From positions 192,001-256,000 of the forward strand of contig CM000430.1 of NCBI GenBank assembly GCA_000165345.1: 64,000 nucleotides of DNA, in the 5' to 3' direction. The position numbers and the translations under genes are program-made. The notes below the pieces were generated by a model. The model ran no database searches, was not told the origin of the DNA, and was given only the letters and a program-made list of their open reading frames with translations. Positions within the stretch are counted from its first letter, which is position 1; every line of letters starts with the position of its first letter. Positions 51,881 to 62,842 of the stretch are shown in pieces.

Positions 51881-54793
51881 CTACATAGAAAGTTGACTCT
51901 GAGAGTCTTGATCCGTGTAACTTCTTTTACAAATTATTTTGATATTATTTCCCATTGAGTCAGTAGTTTCTGATATTAAGTAGTGCTTTAAGAATGAGGA
52001 TGATTTTAAATACGATAATGTCACATTATGAGAAAGTTTGATTTTCTCTGCTATTGCTATAAACTCATCCAGATTTACGGTCAGATTGTCAACTTCTTCC
52101 ACAATAGTATTCATCTGCTCCTCATCCCAATTTCTGAGCTTAATCTTTTGAATCTTATCTGAGAATAATTGTAATAAGAGATTTTCCAGCACATCCACAA
52201 ATCCACTGCTCAATGCCTTATATCTAGAGAAGATCTTTGAAAGTCTCTGAGCTACTGCATACTTTTGACTCTGAATGAATGATTCGAGCACCATACCAAT
52301 CGCTCCATCAACATCCTTATTTGATACGACTGGACTCAGTCTCATTTTTGCTTGAGCCTCTGCAAGACGAATAATACTCTCTATATGTCTTACAGTCATT
52401 GAAATGCCTCCGGTTTGCTGAGCCTCTTGTCTAATTCTCGAGTAGAATGTTATAATCTTTTCTTTATCAACGCTTCTAATCTGTGGTTTACAGTATTTCC
52501 TTGCGTATCTAATATATTTGCAGAGTAGCTTTTGGTCGATTGGTGCAAATCTCTGATCACAATTTTGGCTTGTATCGCTTAGACCAGAAGAAAACTTCTT
52601 CTCTTGATCATCCTGGTCCAAGCCACTACTTCCATACATTTCCTGACTATTCATGTGAGACTGAACCACGAAATTCGCCAATAATTCGTCTTTCATTGGA
52701 TGAACCTCGTCCTTCAAAACCGCTAAAACATCAAAACGAGAAATAATAGGATCTGTCAAATCTACATTATCCTTAAATGTCAAGCTGGAGTCATATTTGC
52801 CAAATATTGGGTTTGCTGCTGCAATAATACTGCACCTTGCACGTAGTGTTGTCACAATTCCTGCCTTTGAAATTGAAATACTCTGTTGTTCCATTGCTTC
52901 GTGAATAGAAACTCTATCTTTATCGCTCATTTTGTCAAACTCATCAATCAAACAGATACCTTCATCAGCAAGAACTAATGCACCTCCTTCGAGTGTCCAC
53001 TCACCAGAAATAGGATCTCTTCTAACTGAAGCAGTCAACCCAACAGCTGATGCTCCTTTACCTGATGTGTAAATTGTTCTGTCAAAACTCTTTTCTACAT
53101 ATTTGAGGAACTGACTCTTTGCAAGCCCAGGATCACCAACAATTAAGACATTAATATCACCTCTAATATGGTGGTGTTTACCTTCCACTTGCTTTCTAAC
53201 CCCAGAAAATAATGAACAAGCAATGGCTGTCTTAATGTGATTGTGGCCATAAATTGATGGTGCAATTGATGAAACAATCTTCTCTTTTATATCAGGATCT
53301 CTGGATAACTCTTTAATTTTTTTGTAGTCCTCATCAGTGAGATCATCTTTTCTAAGCGCATCATGCTTCTTCTCAATATTATTGCAGAGTATTTGGGTTC
53401 CCAAAATTGGGAATCCAGATTTGATGTTTAACTTTTGGTCCCTAAATGTTCTGTAAATTCCAGTAACAATAATTTCTTCACCTGGACAGGCATAATCTAC
53501 TAAGTCTCCACTAACAATGATTTCTCTGGACCTCGGAACTCTTCCAGCTGGAACACTACCAGGGGATTCTTGAATAGTAAGCTTTTGATAGTTTTCGTAA
53601 ATTGTCTTTTCTCTGTTAATTACAAAGGGTCCCTTGCTCTGGCAATCGGTACATTTTCCAATATTCTTCATTATTGAATTGCTTTCGCTCAAAGATCCAC
53701 TTTCAAACAATGGATTGTCTTCATAAGGCCCTAAATTATCGCAGCCACACTTTACACATTCCATATATAGAGATTTAAACTTAGTCAAAATGTCAGTTCT
53801 CCTAGTAATAATTCCAGAAACCCTGATTAACTGGTTTAACCATTCTACTCTTAAATCTCTGAGTTGATCAATATAGTCTAGACCAATCAATCTTACCATA
53901 ATGGACTTTCCAGAATATAAACTATGGTACATAGATGTTACGACCTCATATGCACATTGGTTAAAACATTCAATTACTGGAGTAGGATAAAGGTTCAAAT
54001 AGTCCCAGAGTTTGTAACAAAAAGTAAAAATGTGCTTAACATCCACATACAAGCTGGTTTTTTCTTCTTGTACCATTTCTTCGATTTTTTTAATATAATA
54101 GAGATCTTCAAAAGAGATATTTCTGCCTTCTAATTTGTTATCACCATTTGAAATAGTTTTGTACATTGAGGAGAGTTTGAAGTCTTGTAGAAATACCTTA
54201 AATAGACGTCGAATGATATTTTCTACATGCTCACTCCATTCAGACTGCTCAGCCAATGGCAAATCTTGAATTAGTTCATTAATATCAACAATGGCGCCTC
54301 CTCTGGCTGCCTCGTCTGCCATCTCTCTAAAGGCTTCTCTACGTTTCCTTCTCTTTTCAATCTCACCTTCATCGCCATCATCTGCATTAAATGTGGAAAT
54401 TCCATATTTGTGGTGAATTTCCGTCTGCTTTCCCTGGGATTTCTCAGATTTCATTCTATCAAGAGCTAAATCTGCTCTTCTTTTTGCCTCAATATCATCT
54501 TCATAGTGAGTATCATCCAACATCTCAGGGTCATATTTATCTAATTCAGGGTTCTTATTATAATCATTCATGAAGTTGTCTCCATACAAATCTTCTCCAA
54601 GCTCCTCCTCTGACTCATTTGCAATCTCTTCCTCATACACTACTTCATCAACCGCTACCTCTTCTGCCTCACTGTAGTCACTAGGATCTTGTGTTAATAA
54701 AATGTTTGCAATGCCATTGCTTGAAGAATTATTTCCATCATGTGAATTCTGTGACGACTCATCGTCATCATGAACTCTATAGTTGCTACTCAT
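51881..54793 (-). CDS. MCM2: DNA replication licensing factor MCM2
   Basis: Acidic N-terminal tail; Zn finger CVKCGC...CTDCQS; the Walker A/B and Arg-finger region VLIVGDPGLAKSQFLKYVEK...ASAVGLTA...CLIDEFDKM...SRFD aligns over >150 aa with human MCM2. Confidence 0.93.
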   Translation of the reverse strand: MSSNYRVHDDDESSQNSHDGNNSSSNGIANILLTQDPSDYSEAEEVAVDEVVYEEEIANESEEELGEDLYGDNFMNDYNKNPELDKYDPEMLDDTHYEDDIEAKRRADLALDRMKSEKSQGKQTEIHHKYGISTFNADDGDEGEIEKRRKRREAFREMADEAARGGAIVDINELIQDLPLAEQSEWSEHVENIIRRLFKVFLQDFKLSSMYKTISNGDNKLEGRNISFEDLYYIKKIEEMVQEEKTSLYVDVKHIFTFCYKLWDYLNLYPTPVIECFNQCAYEVVTSMYHSLYSGKSIMVRLIGLDYIDQLRDLRVEWLNQLIRVSGIITRRTDILTKFKSLYMECVKCGCDNLGPYEDNPLFESGSLSESNSIMKNIGKCTDCQSKGPFVINREKTIYENYQKLTIQESPGSVPAGRVPRSREIIVSGDLVDYACPGEEIIVTGIYRTFRDQKLNIKSGFPILGTQILCNNIEKKHDALRKDDLTDEDYKKIKELSRDPDIKEKIVSSIAPSIYGHNHIKTAIACSLFSGVRKQVEGKHHHIRGDINVLIVGDPGLAKSQFLKYVEKSFDRTIYTSGKGASAVGLTASVRRDPISGEWTLEGGALVLADEGICLIDEFDKMSDKDRVSIHEAMEQQSISISKAGIVTTLRARCSIIAAANPIFGKYDSSLTFKDNVDLTDPIISRFDVLAVLKDEVHPMKDELLANFVVQSHMNSQEMYGSSGLDQDDQEKKFSSGLSDTSQNCDQRFAPIDQKLLCKYIRYARKYCKPQIRSVDKEKIITFYSRIRQEAQQTGGISMTVRHIESIIRLAEAQAKMRLSPVVSNKDVDGAIGMVLESFIQSQKYAVAQRLSKIFSRYKALSSGFVDVLENLLLQLFSDKIQKIKLRNWDEEQMNTIVEEVDNLTVNLDEFIAIAEKIKLSHNVTLSYLKSSSFLKHYLISETTDSMGNNIKIICKRSYTDQDSQSQLSM

Positions 54794-54897
54794 GATGAAA
54801 AGTCTAGTAATTATTTAAAATTGAAGCAACAATACTATTCAGCCTCTAGTGTTTAGTTTCTTTCATTAGCAACTTACGGAAAAACAGTGTCTGCATG

Positions 54898-54912
54898 TTT
54901 GCCGCCAAAATT
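54898..54912. promoter_or_regulatory. E2F-like motif (TTTGCCGCCAAAA) in the divergent MCM2 / PGS1 promoter region
   Basis: gtttgccgccaaaattg sits ~105 nt upstream of the MCM2 ATG (minus strand) and ~370 nt upstream of the PGS1 ATG; MCM genes are classical E2F targets. Confidence 0.45.
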
Positions 54913-55277
54913 GTGGGGAACTTTACTTACTAAAGAGTTCAATTGCAGCAGCTTAAATAAAACAAAAAACTGCACTAATGGAATAATTAAACCATTTGAT
55001 TTCTAATTTTTGAGCAACTTTATAACATAATTCGTTACTGAACCTAAAGCATAGTAAATATAAATTACTCATTAGTATTAAATAGGTGCAAAATTTGTAA
55101 ATGCGTACAGTACTCTGATTAATTAATTAAAAAAAGACGTTCTTTCTTAAAAGATATCTTTTTTATAACTTTTTCCATTCTTATTGTTTATTTTAATTTA
55201 TTTATTCTATTTTTCAGTTGTCAATTAGGAGCCAACAGAATTTAAGAGGGAAATTTTCGGTTTTAGAGAAAATAACC

Positions 55278-56807
55278 ATGTCTGAAAAAATTATAGGCAA
55301 GGTTTTCAGGGTCAAAGATGATCAAATTCATATCTTGAATTCTCCATCATCATTTAAAGACTCACTTAACTCTATATTACTCAATGCTAAAAATAGGATA
55401 TATATTTCATCTTTATATACGGACAATGAAAATGAGGTAAGGGGAAAATTTTCAAATAGAATTCCCACTGAGTCATAGAATTTCAATTTATTATTAACTC
55501 ATTAATTTGTATCTCTATAGATTACCAAAACACTAAGAAATGTGGCTGAAAAATTAGAGAATAGTAGTGCTAGAGATTTAAAGATTAAAATAATTTTAGA
55601 TTATAATAGAATGACAAGAAAAGAAAATATTAACCCATTTATTAAGGCACTCAATAAATATCCAAACTCAGTAGTAATTTCACTCTGCAAAATTCCAATA
55701 GTTAATTATTCAGGTAATTTACTTGGACGAGCTACATGGAACGTGATAAATATTTTTTCAAAATACAAGAGAGTATCGTTTCTAAAGGAGGTGCTTGGAG
55801 TATACCACATAAAAATATTTATGGCAGATGACAACATAATTATCACCAGTGCAAATTTGAATTCTGAGTACCTTTTAAATAAACAAGATAGATACATAAT
55901 GATTACAGGTGCAAAGGAAATATGCGACTATTTCGAACAATCATTAGATTTAATATCAGAATACTCGCATAGAGTTTTGTCTGAGGGAGAAATACAAAAA
56001 CCTAAAAAACTCCATTTTAACGAATTAAAAAGAGATTTAATGGAGTTAAGTAGTGATGCAGACTTTCATGATAAAATAGCATCCACAATTAAGAAAAAGT
56101 TGAACAATGAAGATGCTTCTGATGATTGTGTACTGGCATCTTATTTTCAATGTTCTCCAATAAATATCAAAGCTGAAGAGCAAATCATTACAAATATTTC
56201 CCAACTTTGCGATAAAAAAAACACAGATATTTTTCTGATCGCTCCTTACCTAAATCTTCCCAAATACTTTATCTCACTGCTTAAAAATAGAGAGAGATCA
56301 GTAAATATAGTATCTGGAGTTCCTATCACGAAATGTGATAAAATGATTAAGAAACACAATAAACCGTCATTGGAAAGAATCAGAACTCTAGTTCTTCCAA
56401 AACTATACACTTACATAAATTACTTATTTATAAATCAGCTTAGGACGCAAGGAAATGGAATTATTAATTATTTCGAATATAAAAAGCCAAATTGGTCATT
56501 CCATTTTAAAGGTATTTATTTTTTTAGAAATATTAGCAAATCTAACCCTTGTGGCTCGAATATGCAAAATCAAGGGCAAATCATGGCTACTACATTTGGA
56601 AGTTCTAACTACAATTATAGAAGTACTAATAAGGATTTTGAGTGTTCATTTGTCCTAATACCCAATCAAAATAAAATTCTTGAAAAATCTTTAAATAATG
56701 AATTGACAAATATAATGAACACATCTGTAAAACAATGCGCGCCAAAAATCACTTGGAGACGTTTATTAATTTTGAAAGTAGTCAAAATATTTCAAGAATA
56801 TTTGTAG
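55278..56807 (+). CDS. PGS1: CDP-diacylglycerol--glycerol-3-phosphate 3-phosphatidyltransferase (PGS1, PLD-superfamily). Two exons (55278..55436, 55521..56807) with an 84-nt phase-0 intron
   Basis: Exon 1 ...ISSLYTDNENE|GTAAGG; acceptor tctctatag; exon 2 ITKTLRNVAEKLE... The spliced product matches PGS1 N-terminal conservation, and the HKD motif HIKIFMADDNIIITSANLNSEY lies in exon 2. The two parts are separate ORFs in the track. Confidence 0.85.
55437..55520 (+). other. Spliceosomal intron (84 nt, phase 0) in PGS1
   Basis: GTAAGGGGAAAATTTTC...TTTGTATCTCTATAG; joins the two track ORFs 55218..55478 and 55542..56807 into one PGS1 reading frame. Confidence 0.75.
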
Positions 56808-56860
56808 CAGAGAAGACTGGAGACAATATAGATAGATTTTCCGCTGCTTAAGAAAATCTG

Positions 56861-56881
56861 ATATATATATATATATATATA
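56861..56881. repeat. (AT)10 dinucleotide microsatellite between PGS1 and UBA4
   Basis: atatatatatatatatatat read directly from the sequence. Confidence 0.9.
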
Positions 56882-56895
56882 GGTTTAGTTTGTTG

Positions 56896-58386
56896 AAAAT
56901 GGAAATTATTGATCAAAACTGGGCCACTTTTGGATTTTACTTTTTATCAGTTGTAATATGCACCCTTTCAACTATAGTATTTTTCCTTTGGAAATCTGAT
57001 GGTGAAGTAAACACAAAAAAAGATATTTTTGAGACAATTAACTCTCCTTCTCTATCCGAAGAAAATGTTATTAGATATTCCAGACAAATTGCACTTAAAG
57101 AAGTTGGAGTATCTGGCCAAGTAAAATTAAAGAATGCAAAGGTATTAGTAATTGGTGCTGGCGGATTAGGTAGCCCAATTTTGCTTTATCTTACTGGAGC
57201 TGGAATTGGAGTTATTGGAGTTGTTGATCATGATACAGTTTCAACTAGTAATTTACATCGCCAAATTATTCATTCCACAGATAAAAACCATATGAGCAAA
57301 TCAATTAGTGCTAAACAATCATGTAATTCTCTTAATCCAAATACCCGAATTATCACATATCAAGAGGCTCTATCTATTGATCTAGTTAAGGAAATATTTC
57401 CACTCTATGATGTAATTGTAGATGCTACTGATAATTGTAGAAGTAGATATTTAATCAATGATGCAGCAGTATATTATAAAAAGCCTGTAGTTTCTGGAGC
57501 CGCACTGAAATGGCAGGGCCACGTCACTGTATATAACTATTCTAACGGCCCATGTTACAGATGTATTGCACCTAGAGAAGATAATGGAAAGGTTGATGGT
57601 ACTCCTGGAGGTGCAGAAATTTTTGGTGTATTAGGAATGATGGTTGGCGTTATTGGCTGTTTACAATCTACTGAAGTCATTAAAGTAATACTTAATGACT
57701 TTGGAAAGGGTGATAATAGTGGAATTGACTCTTCTAATCACCTTCCTGTTTTATCTGGGAAAATGCTCTTTTATAACTCATTAAGTAATGAACATATGGT
57801 ACGACTTGTTAGAATTAGAGATAAAAATAGCGAATGTAAAACATGTGGTAGTAATCCTATCCCATTCTTTAAGGCTGGAATTGATAGCTATAAAGTATTT
57901 AAGGGAATGGAAATGGCTAAAGACTCGTTCTACCCAATTCCAAGCTCAAATATTCTGAGCTCCGATAATTTTGAAGAAAAAATGAATCTTGCAAGAAAAT
58001 CAAACATTGATATCAAAATCTTTGACGTAAGACCAAAGAATCTTTATGATATTTCACATATTAAAGGCTCCAAGAATGTATTAGAGGACGACGTCATTAA
58101 GGGCCTTGCAAGCTTAGGCGTCCATACTAACTCTAAGACCGGTGAGATTATTAACTGGCCAAAGGATAAAAATGATCAAATCAAACAATTCTTGGTTGAA
58201 TACTTTCAAATTAATGAAAACTGTATTATTTTAGTACTCTGCTTAAATGGGGTTAGATCTTACTATATTTCTACAGTTATTCAGCAATGCTTTGATAAAC
58301 TAAATATGAAAGTATCAAACTACTACCTGAATGGAGGAATTTCATCTATTAGAAGCAAATTACTCAAAAATTTCCCAAATTTATAG
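56896..58386 (+). CDS. UBA4: Adenylyltransferase and sulfurtransferase MOCS3/Uba4 (E1-like ThiF/MoeB domain plus C-terminal rhodanese domain)
   Basis: RYSRQIAL...VLVIGAGGLGSP...VDHDTVSTSNLHRQ (ThiF nucleotide-binding fold), CxxC zinc pairs (CYRC...CKTC), C-terminal rhodanese fold IFDVRP...active-site-loop region; the N-terminus carries a hydrophobic stretch WATFGFYFLSVVICTLSTIVFFLW. Confidence 0.9.
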   Translation, partial: KMEIIDQNWATFGFYFLSVVICTLSTIVFFLWKSDGEVNTKKDIFETINSPSLSEENVIRYSRQIALKEVGVSGQVKLKNAKVLVIGAGGLGSPILLYLTGAGIGVIGVVDHDTVSTSNLHRQIIHSTDKNHMSKSISAKQSCNSLNPNTRIITYQEALSIDLVKEIFPLYDVIVDATDNCRSRYLINDAAVYYKKPVVSGAALKWQGHVTVYNYSNGPCYRCIAPREDNGKVDGTPGGAEIFGVLGMMVGVIGCLQSTEVIKVILNDFGKGDNSGIDSSNHLPVLSGKMLFYNSLSNEHMVRLVRIRDKNSECKTCGSNPIPFFKAGIDSYKVFKGMEMAKDSFYPIPSSNILSSDNFEEKMNLARKSNIDIKIFDVRPKNLYDISHIKGSKNVLEDDVIKGLASLGVHTNSKTGEIINWPKDKNDQIKQFLVEYFQINENCIILVLCLNGVRSYYISTVIQQCFDKLNMKVSNYYLNGGISSIRSKLLKNFPNL

Positions 58387-58407
58387 AAACTTATTTATAC
58401 TTAATTT

Positions 58408-60453
58408 TCAAACCTGAAAAACAAATATCACATTTTTTGGAATAATTGATTCAGGTTTTCCTATACTTTTTAGTGACATAGTTATATGTCCATCTATATA
58501 ATTATTATATTTCTTATAACAGTGATTCAGATACTTGAATAAAACTATATATGAATAATAAAAGTCGGCTTGATCATTTGTATTGTGATCTTGATTTACT
58601 AATTTACCTCTTAATTCACCAATATGTTGGTTATATAACCTTTTAACAAAATCTATTAAGAATAGCAAAACAGTCTTAATATTATTTTTTTGCGATTTAC
58701 TTATATTTTTTATTACTGTTGAAAATATTTCGGTGAATCTAATTGAATTAATATATCTTGGTGAGTTTTTAACTATTCTTGGAGAAAATGTATTTAGAAA
58801 AGGCAGTTCAATATTAGAGTTAATCGATACTTGATATAATTCCGAGTTAATTATTTCGCTTGGAATTTGACCAAAAAGATAAATAAACTTGGTCAGATTA
58901 TTTGCTGTGTGCAGTTTATCAAAATTTTCAAAAAACGTACAAATACCTTTAGAACCTGTTTCTAACTTAAAGTGTTTTTTAATGTATGGATCACATAATA
59001 AATTTGAGACTAGCTGATAGTAAACTGCCTTGCTGGCATCATTTCCCAAGTCAATACTTGCAATATTACTGATTAAGTTAAATAAATTTTGTGAAAATAT
59101 GGTCTTTTCAGAAAAAGCACTAATTCTTGGAAGTACACTTCTTTCCAAGGCTAAAGAATATAAAACTGAATCTTCGGTAATCACATGAATTATATCATCT
59201 GATAAAACTTGCAAAAATTGGTGTATGAATACTATCTCTCGTGAATAGTCATATATAATTTCATCTTTATGAACAAAATTTGAAATTAAGTAGTAACTTA
59301 AAGTAATACTTTGAATTTTATTATAGTATGAAACATTTTTAGAAATAAGTGGAATTAATATTTGAAACTCCCAAATTAATGTTCTCACATTCTTCCACTT
59401 GTCTTCAATTGCTTGAGTTGGTAAACTCTCGTAAATATATTCAATTCTATCTTTGCCTAATAATGAATGCCATCTGCTACAAATATAATGCATTATCTTG
59501 TGATGTTGAAATGTATTTGAGATAATTAGCTTTATAACTTTCTCGAAAGTAGATAATTCTCTAATATAAGCAGTAATAATAAAAAGTATTTCACATTTTA
59601 AGTATATAGAAGGAAGATTTTTTGTTTCAACAATTTCAACAATCAGACGTTCTTCAGATCCAATGCTTGAATATTCATCCCAAAGATTAAAAATAAAATG
59701 ACAGTTATTAATACACAATACTTTGTCATTTCCAGAACCTTTATCATCAAAAGTTAGCATATTCAATACAGCACATGTTTTTTGTTCTAATGTATTTAGC
59801 AGATTAATTTCACTTTCAAGCTTTGAAATGTATTTCTTATCCTTATTTTTTGTAGAATGTATATTTCTAATTTCTTCAATTGGTTTATCACAATATTTCT
59901 TATCTTGAATAAGTCTTAGAAACCTAAATCTCGAAGCAAGTTTAATTTCATCCAAAAGCGTTAATTTTTCTATAATATGATCAAAAATCTGATTTTTGAT
60001 CATCTTTGATTTTGTAAATATCAGAAATGGTAATAATAAGCAAGATAGAAAGGATAAGAGATCTTGAGAGTTCTCTATATTGCAATACTGGCAAAAATGT
60101 TCAACAAAAGAACTTTCAAGCTGAGCAATTCTTGCGCATATTCCTATAGAAATTATCCAATTTTTTTTTGTTAAGAAAAAAAGTTGTGGCCTTATATACT
60201 CCAAATGCCCATTATATGTATTTAAGTTGTTGCTGCAAGCAATTACTCTACTAGAATATGACTTTAATATTGTAATTAAAATCTTGACATCGTTTATTGC
60301 ATTGAATAATCTACAAACAACTTCTATTAAAGAATAATAATTTGCTTCTGTACAGATAAACTCTTCTGATACATTTTTTTGTACCTTTACAAGCTCAATT
60401 TCTATCTTTGATTCAACGCCAAGGCATAACTTGTGATTTATCCCAAAATTCAT
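58408..60453 (-). CDS. Hypothetical large alpha-helical protein (681 aa), no recognisable domain
   Basis: ATG confirmed at 60451-60453; long uninterrupted ORF; helical-repeat-like composition. Confidence 0.5.
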   Translation of the reverse strand: MNFGINHKLCLGVESKIEIELVKVQKNVSEEFICTEANYYSLIEVVCRLFNAINDVKILITILKSYSSRVIACSNNLNTYNGHLEYIRPQLFFLTKKNWIISIGICARIAQLESSFVEHFCQYCNIENSQDLLSFLSCLLLPFLIFTKSKMIKNQIFDHIIEKLTLLDEIKLASRFRFLRLIQDKKYCDKPIEEIRNIHSTKNKDKKYISKLESEINLLNTLEQKTCAVLNMLTFDDKGSGNDKVLCINNCHFIFNLWDEYSSIGSEERLIVEIVETKNLPSIYLKCEILFIITAYIRELSTFEKVIKLIISNTFQHHKIMHYICSRWHSLLGKDRIEYIYESLPTQAIEDKWKNVRTLIWEFQILIPLISKNVSYYNKIQSITLSYYLISNFVHKDEIIYDYSREIVFIHQFLQVLSDDIIHVITEDSVLYSLALERSVLPRISAFSEKTIFSQNLFNLISNIASIDLGNDASKAVYYQLVSNLLCDPYIKKHFKLETGSKGICTFFENFDKLHTANNLTKFIYLFGQIPSEIINSELYQVSINSNIELPFLNTFSPRIVKNSPRYINSIRFTEIFSTVIKNISKSQKNNIKTVLLFLIDFVKRLYNQHIGELRGKLVNQDHNTNDQADFYYSYIVLFKYLNHCYKKYNNYIDGHITMSLKSIGKPESIIPKNVIFVFQV

Positions 60454-60573
60454 TATTAATATTTACTAACACAAATTGCGGTAAAATTTCTGGTCAAAAA
60501 ATTTTAAGACAAACTGAAATAAAAATTAGCATAAAAAAAAGTTAAATTATTAATTAGCGTTAAGTTAATCCAA

Positions 60574-61542
60574 CTAGCTACTTTCAATTGTGAATCCAAT
60601 AATTATAGGCAGTAATACTACGAGAATTAGTATAAATATACACAAAATAATCCAAAGCATCTTTTTCTGAGTTTTCTTTTGATACTTTCTGGCGGAAATT
60701 AATTCAATATCTGCCTTTTCAGTGTAATCTTTTGCAGTTGAAACGGAAAATTCAATATGATCCAACATTTCACCCTGCTCGTTAATCAATGATGCTAATT
60801 CAATAAATAGTTGCTGAAGCTCTTCAACACTTTTCTCAAGCTTTCTAATATCTCTATATCTATCTTGTAATTCAGTTATTGCATTTCCAATAGTTTCATG
60901 TGATCCACTCAATTTCATTTTTATTAGTTGCGTTGTAGTTATCTTACCTTCTTCTTCTGCAATGGACTCAATAGCACTTTGCGTTGCATCTGGATAAACA
61001 ATTTTGATTTGCCTAAAGATTTTATTTCTCATCTCAGTTTTGTACTCGGATTGCACGGACTGAAACTCATATATAGTTTCCCTAAATCTTTTTGAAATAG
61101 TTTGGAGTAAGTTCTCTCTAATCATAATTTCAGTAGCTTCTTTCTTGCTTGCCTTCTTTTTAAGATTTTCATTTTGGATCCTCAAATATTCTATATTATT
61201 CTTTAGCTCCAGAGTCTTTTCATGAGTCTCATCCAGAATCTTAGCTAAATTTTCAGATATTTCCTCGTCCTTGCTTGAACTCGTAGTTAGCAATGCACGT
61301 TGTTTATTAATCCTAATTCCATCAATCATCTTATTTATATAACCAAGAGAAACTCCAATCGAGCGAATCTCACTGTAATAACTGGACATTTCTTCATCGT
61401 TTTTTGAGTTGCCATTTTGCTCATTTACGCCTTGGTCCACACCTACTTGAGCAACACCCTTTTCAGCATTGCTAATTGCAGCAGAGAATTCTGGGTGTTT
61501 TGCAACTGCATATTTCCTAAGATCATAGAGTAGGTCAATCAT
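60574..61542 (-). CDS. Syntaxin (Qa-SNARE), tail-anchored
   Basis: Habc-like N-terminal coiled coils; the SNARE motif IRKLEKSVEELQQLFIELASLINEQGEMLDHIEFSV is followed by a basic linker and the C-terminal TM WIILCIFILILVVLLPIIIGF. Confidence 0.85.
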   Translation of the reverse strand: MIDLLYDLRKYAVAKHPEFSAAISNAEKGVAQVGVDQGVNEQNGNSKNDEEMSSYYSEIRSIGVSLGYINKMIDGIRINKQRALLTTSSSKDEEISENLAKILDETHEKTLELKNNIEYLRIQNENLKKKASKKEATEIMIRENLLQTISKRFRETIYEFQSVQSEYKTEMRNKIFRQIKIVYPDATQSAIESIAEEEGKITTTQLIKMKLSGSHETIGNAITELQDRYRDIRKLEKSVEELQQLFIELASLINEQGEMLDHIEFSVSTAKDYTEKADIELISARKYQKKTQKKMLWIILCIFILILVVLLPIIIGFTIESS

Positions 61543-61642
61543 GTATGTAATCTCACATCCGAATATTAAATGAAATTCAGTCTCATTGCTACTTTTTATT
61601 CTTGATTTAATTTATCAACTTTTTTCATTTACAAATATGTGC

Positions 61643-61658
61643 CACGTGGCGCCAAATC
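61643..61658. promoter_or_regulatory. CACGTG box immediately abutting an E2F-like GGCGCCAAA motif, upstream of syntaxin
   Basis: gccacgtggcgccaaatcac sits ~100 nt upstream of the syntaxin ATG (minus strand). Confidence 0.4.
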
Positions 61659-62593
61659 ACAAATATTTATTTAATTGCACAGATCCAAATAAATTGTATG
61701 ATATTTACTATATAACGGACAGGAAAAAACACATAAGTTTGCTAAGATAATTCCCACAATTAAAATACCTTGTGAAAATTTTACTGTAAACTAATTTAAT
61801 CTAAACCTTAATTTTGAACCGCTCTAGGCTTCTTCTGCCTCAATTAACAATGATTGCTCAATGTTTGACTATAGATAGGACCTATGCTTAAAGCAATTAA
61901 GACTTGTATTCCAAGTTTTACAATACTTGACTCATTCCCTACCTCCAAATCATAATGCTACAATTTATATATTTCAAATAATAACTATTTAATACAATGC
62001 GATTTTGATGACAAAAATAACGTATTTTTTTCTAATCCTATAGAATGTATTTAGCATCGAATTCTATTCTTAAATGATTTGAATTATGATTCATTCCAAT
62101 AATTGAGCTTTTACATTCAAACTATTAATCAAGCGCACTCAAAACTACCTTCTCGTTTTAAGTCGTAATACAGCAGCTTGAATCAAGATCCAGCACTATA
62201 TGTAGAAATATAACTCATTTATACATATTTGTGAAGAATTTATTACTTTTTACTTGAATTTTTCCCGTTTAAAATACTCAAAATTCTAATCAAGATCAAT
62301 AGTAAAAAAAGGTGATAAACTCTAAGCTAAGGAAAATTTTATTAACAAATTATATGCAATAATAAATTGCTTTAGAAATGCTTACGAGCAGGAAGCTGCA
62401 AATTCACGTTAATATTAAATCTTATATTCTAATGAAAAATTTATTCGAGGAAAAATGGGAGCAAGATCAATTGCCGGCAAATCACTTTAATTTATTAAAC
62501 ATAAATATTATGTACAATTTTTATATTTATAACTGTATCTTTTCCTATTATTTTAATTAAAGATAAATTAACTTTTGAAATGTGTCTTGAAAT

Positions 62594-62606
62594 TGGGCGC
62601 CAAATC
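62594..62606. promoter_or_regulatory. E2F-like palindrome TTGGGCGCCAAAT upstream of the C2H2 zinc-finger gene
   Basis: attgggcgccaaatcgcc; a second GCCGCCAA sits at ~62693, 150 nt from the ATG. Confidence 0.4.
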
Positions 62607-62842
62607 GCCAATTCCAGTTTTTTATATAGTCAAATATATATATAAAGTCGCTGGAGTGGAGCGAATAATTAAAATATTGTGGTTATAGGACGCCGCCAAT
62701 AATTAATAAATAATTATTACTTTTTTCCTTTCCAGTTGAAATTAAACGAGTTTATGTAAGCGGTTTGCTTTGTGATTAAACAGTTGAGTAAAAGTTGGCA
62801 ACATTAGTAGAATCAAATAATATTCGTTATTTATGAAGAGTA

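Noticed and set aside
62378-62560. 60-aa ORF upstream of the zinc-finger gene, and the 47362..47912 minus-strand ORFs opposite and upstream of RPS25
   Set aside because: They have AT-rich low-complexity translations (N/I/Y/F-rich), overlap promoter-motif-bearing spacers or the antisense of eS25, and have no domain signal
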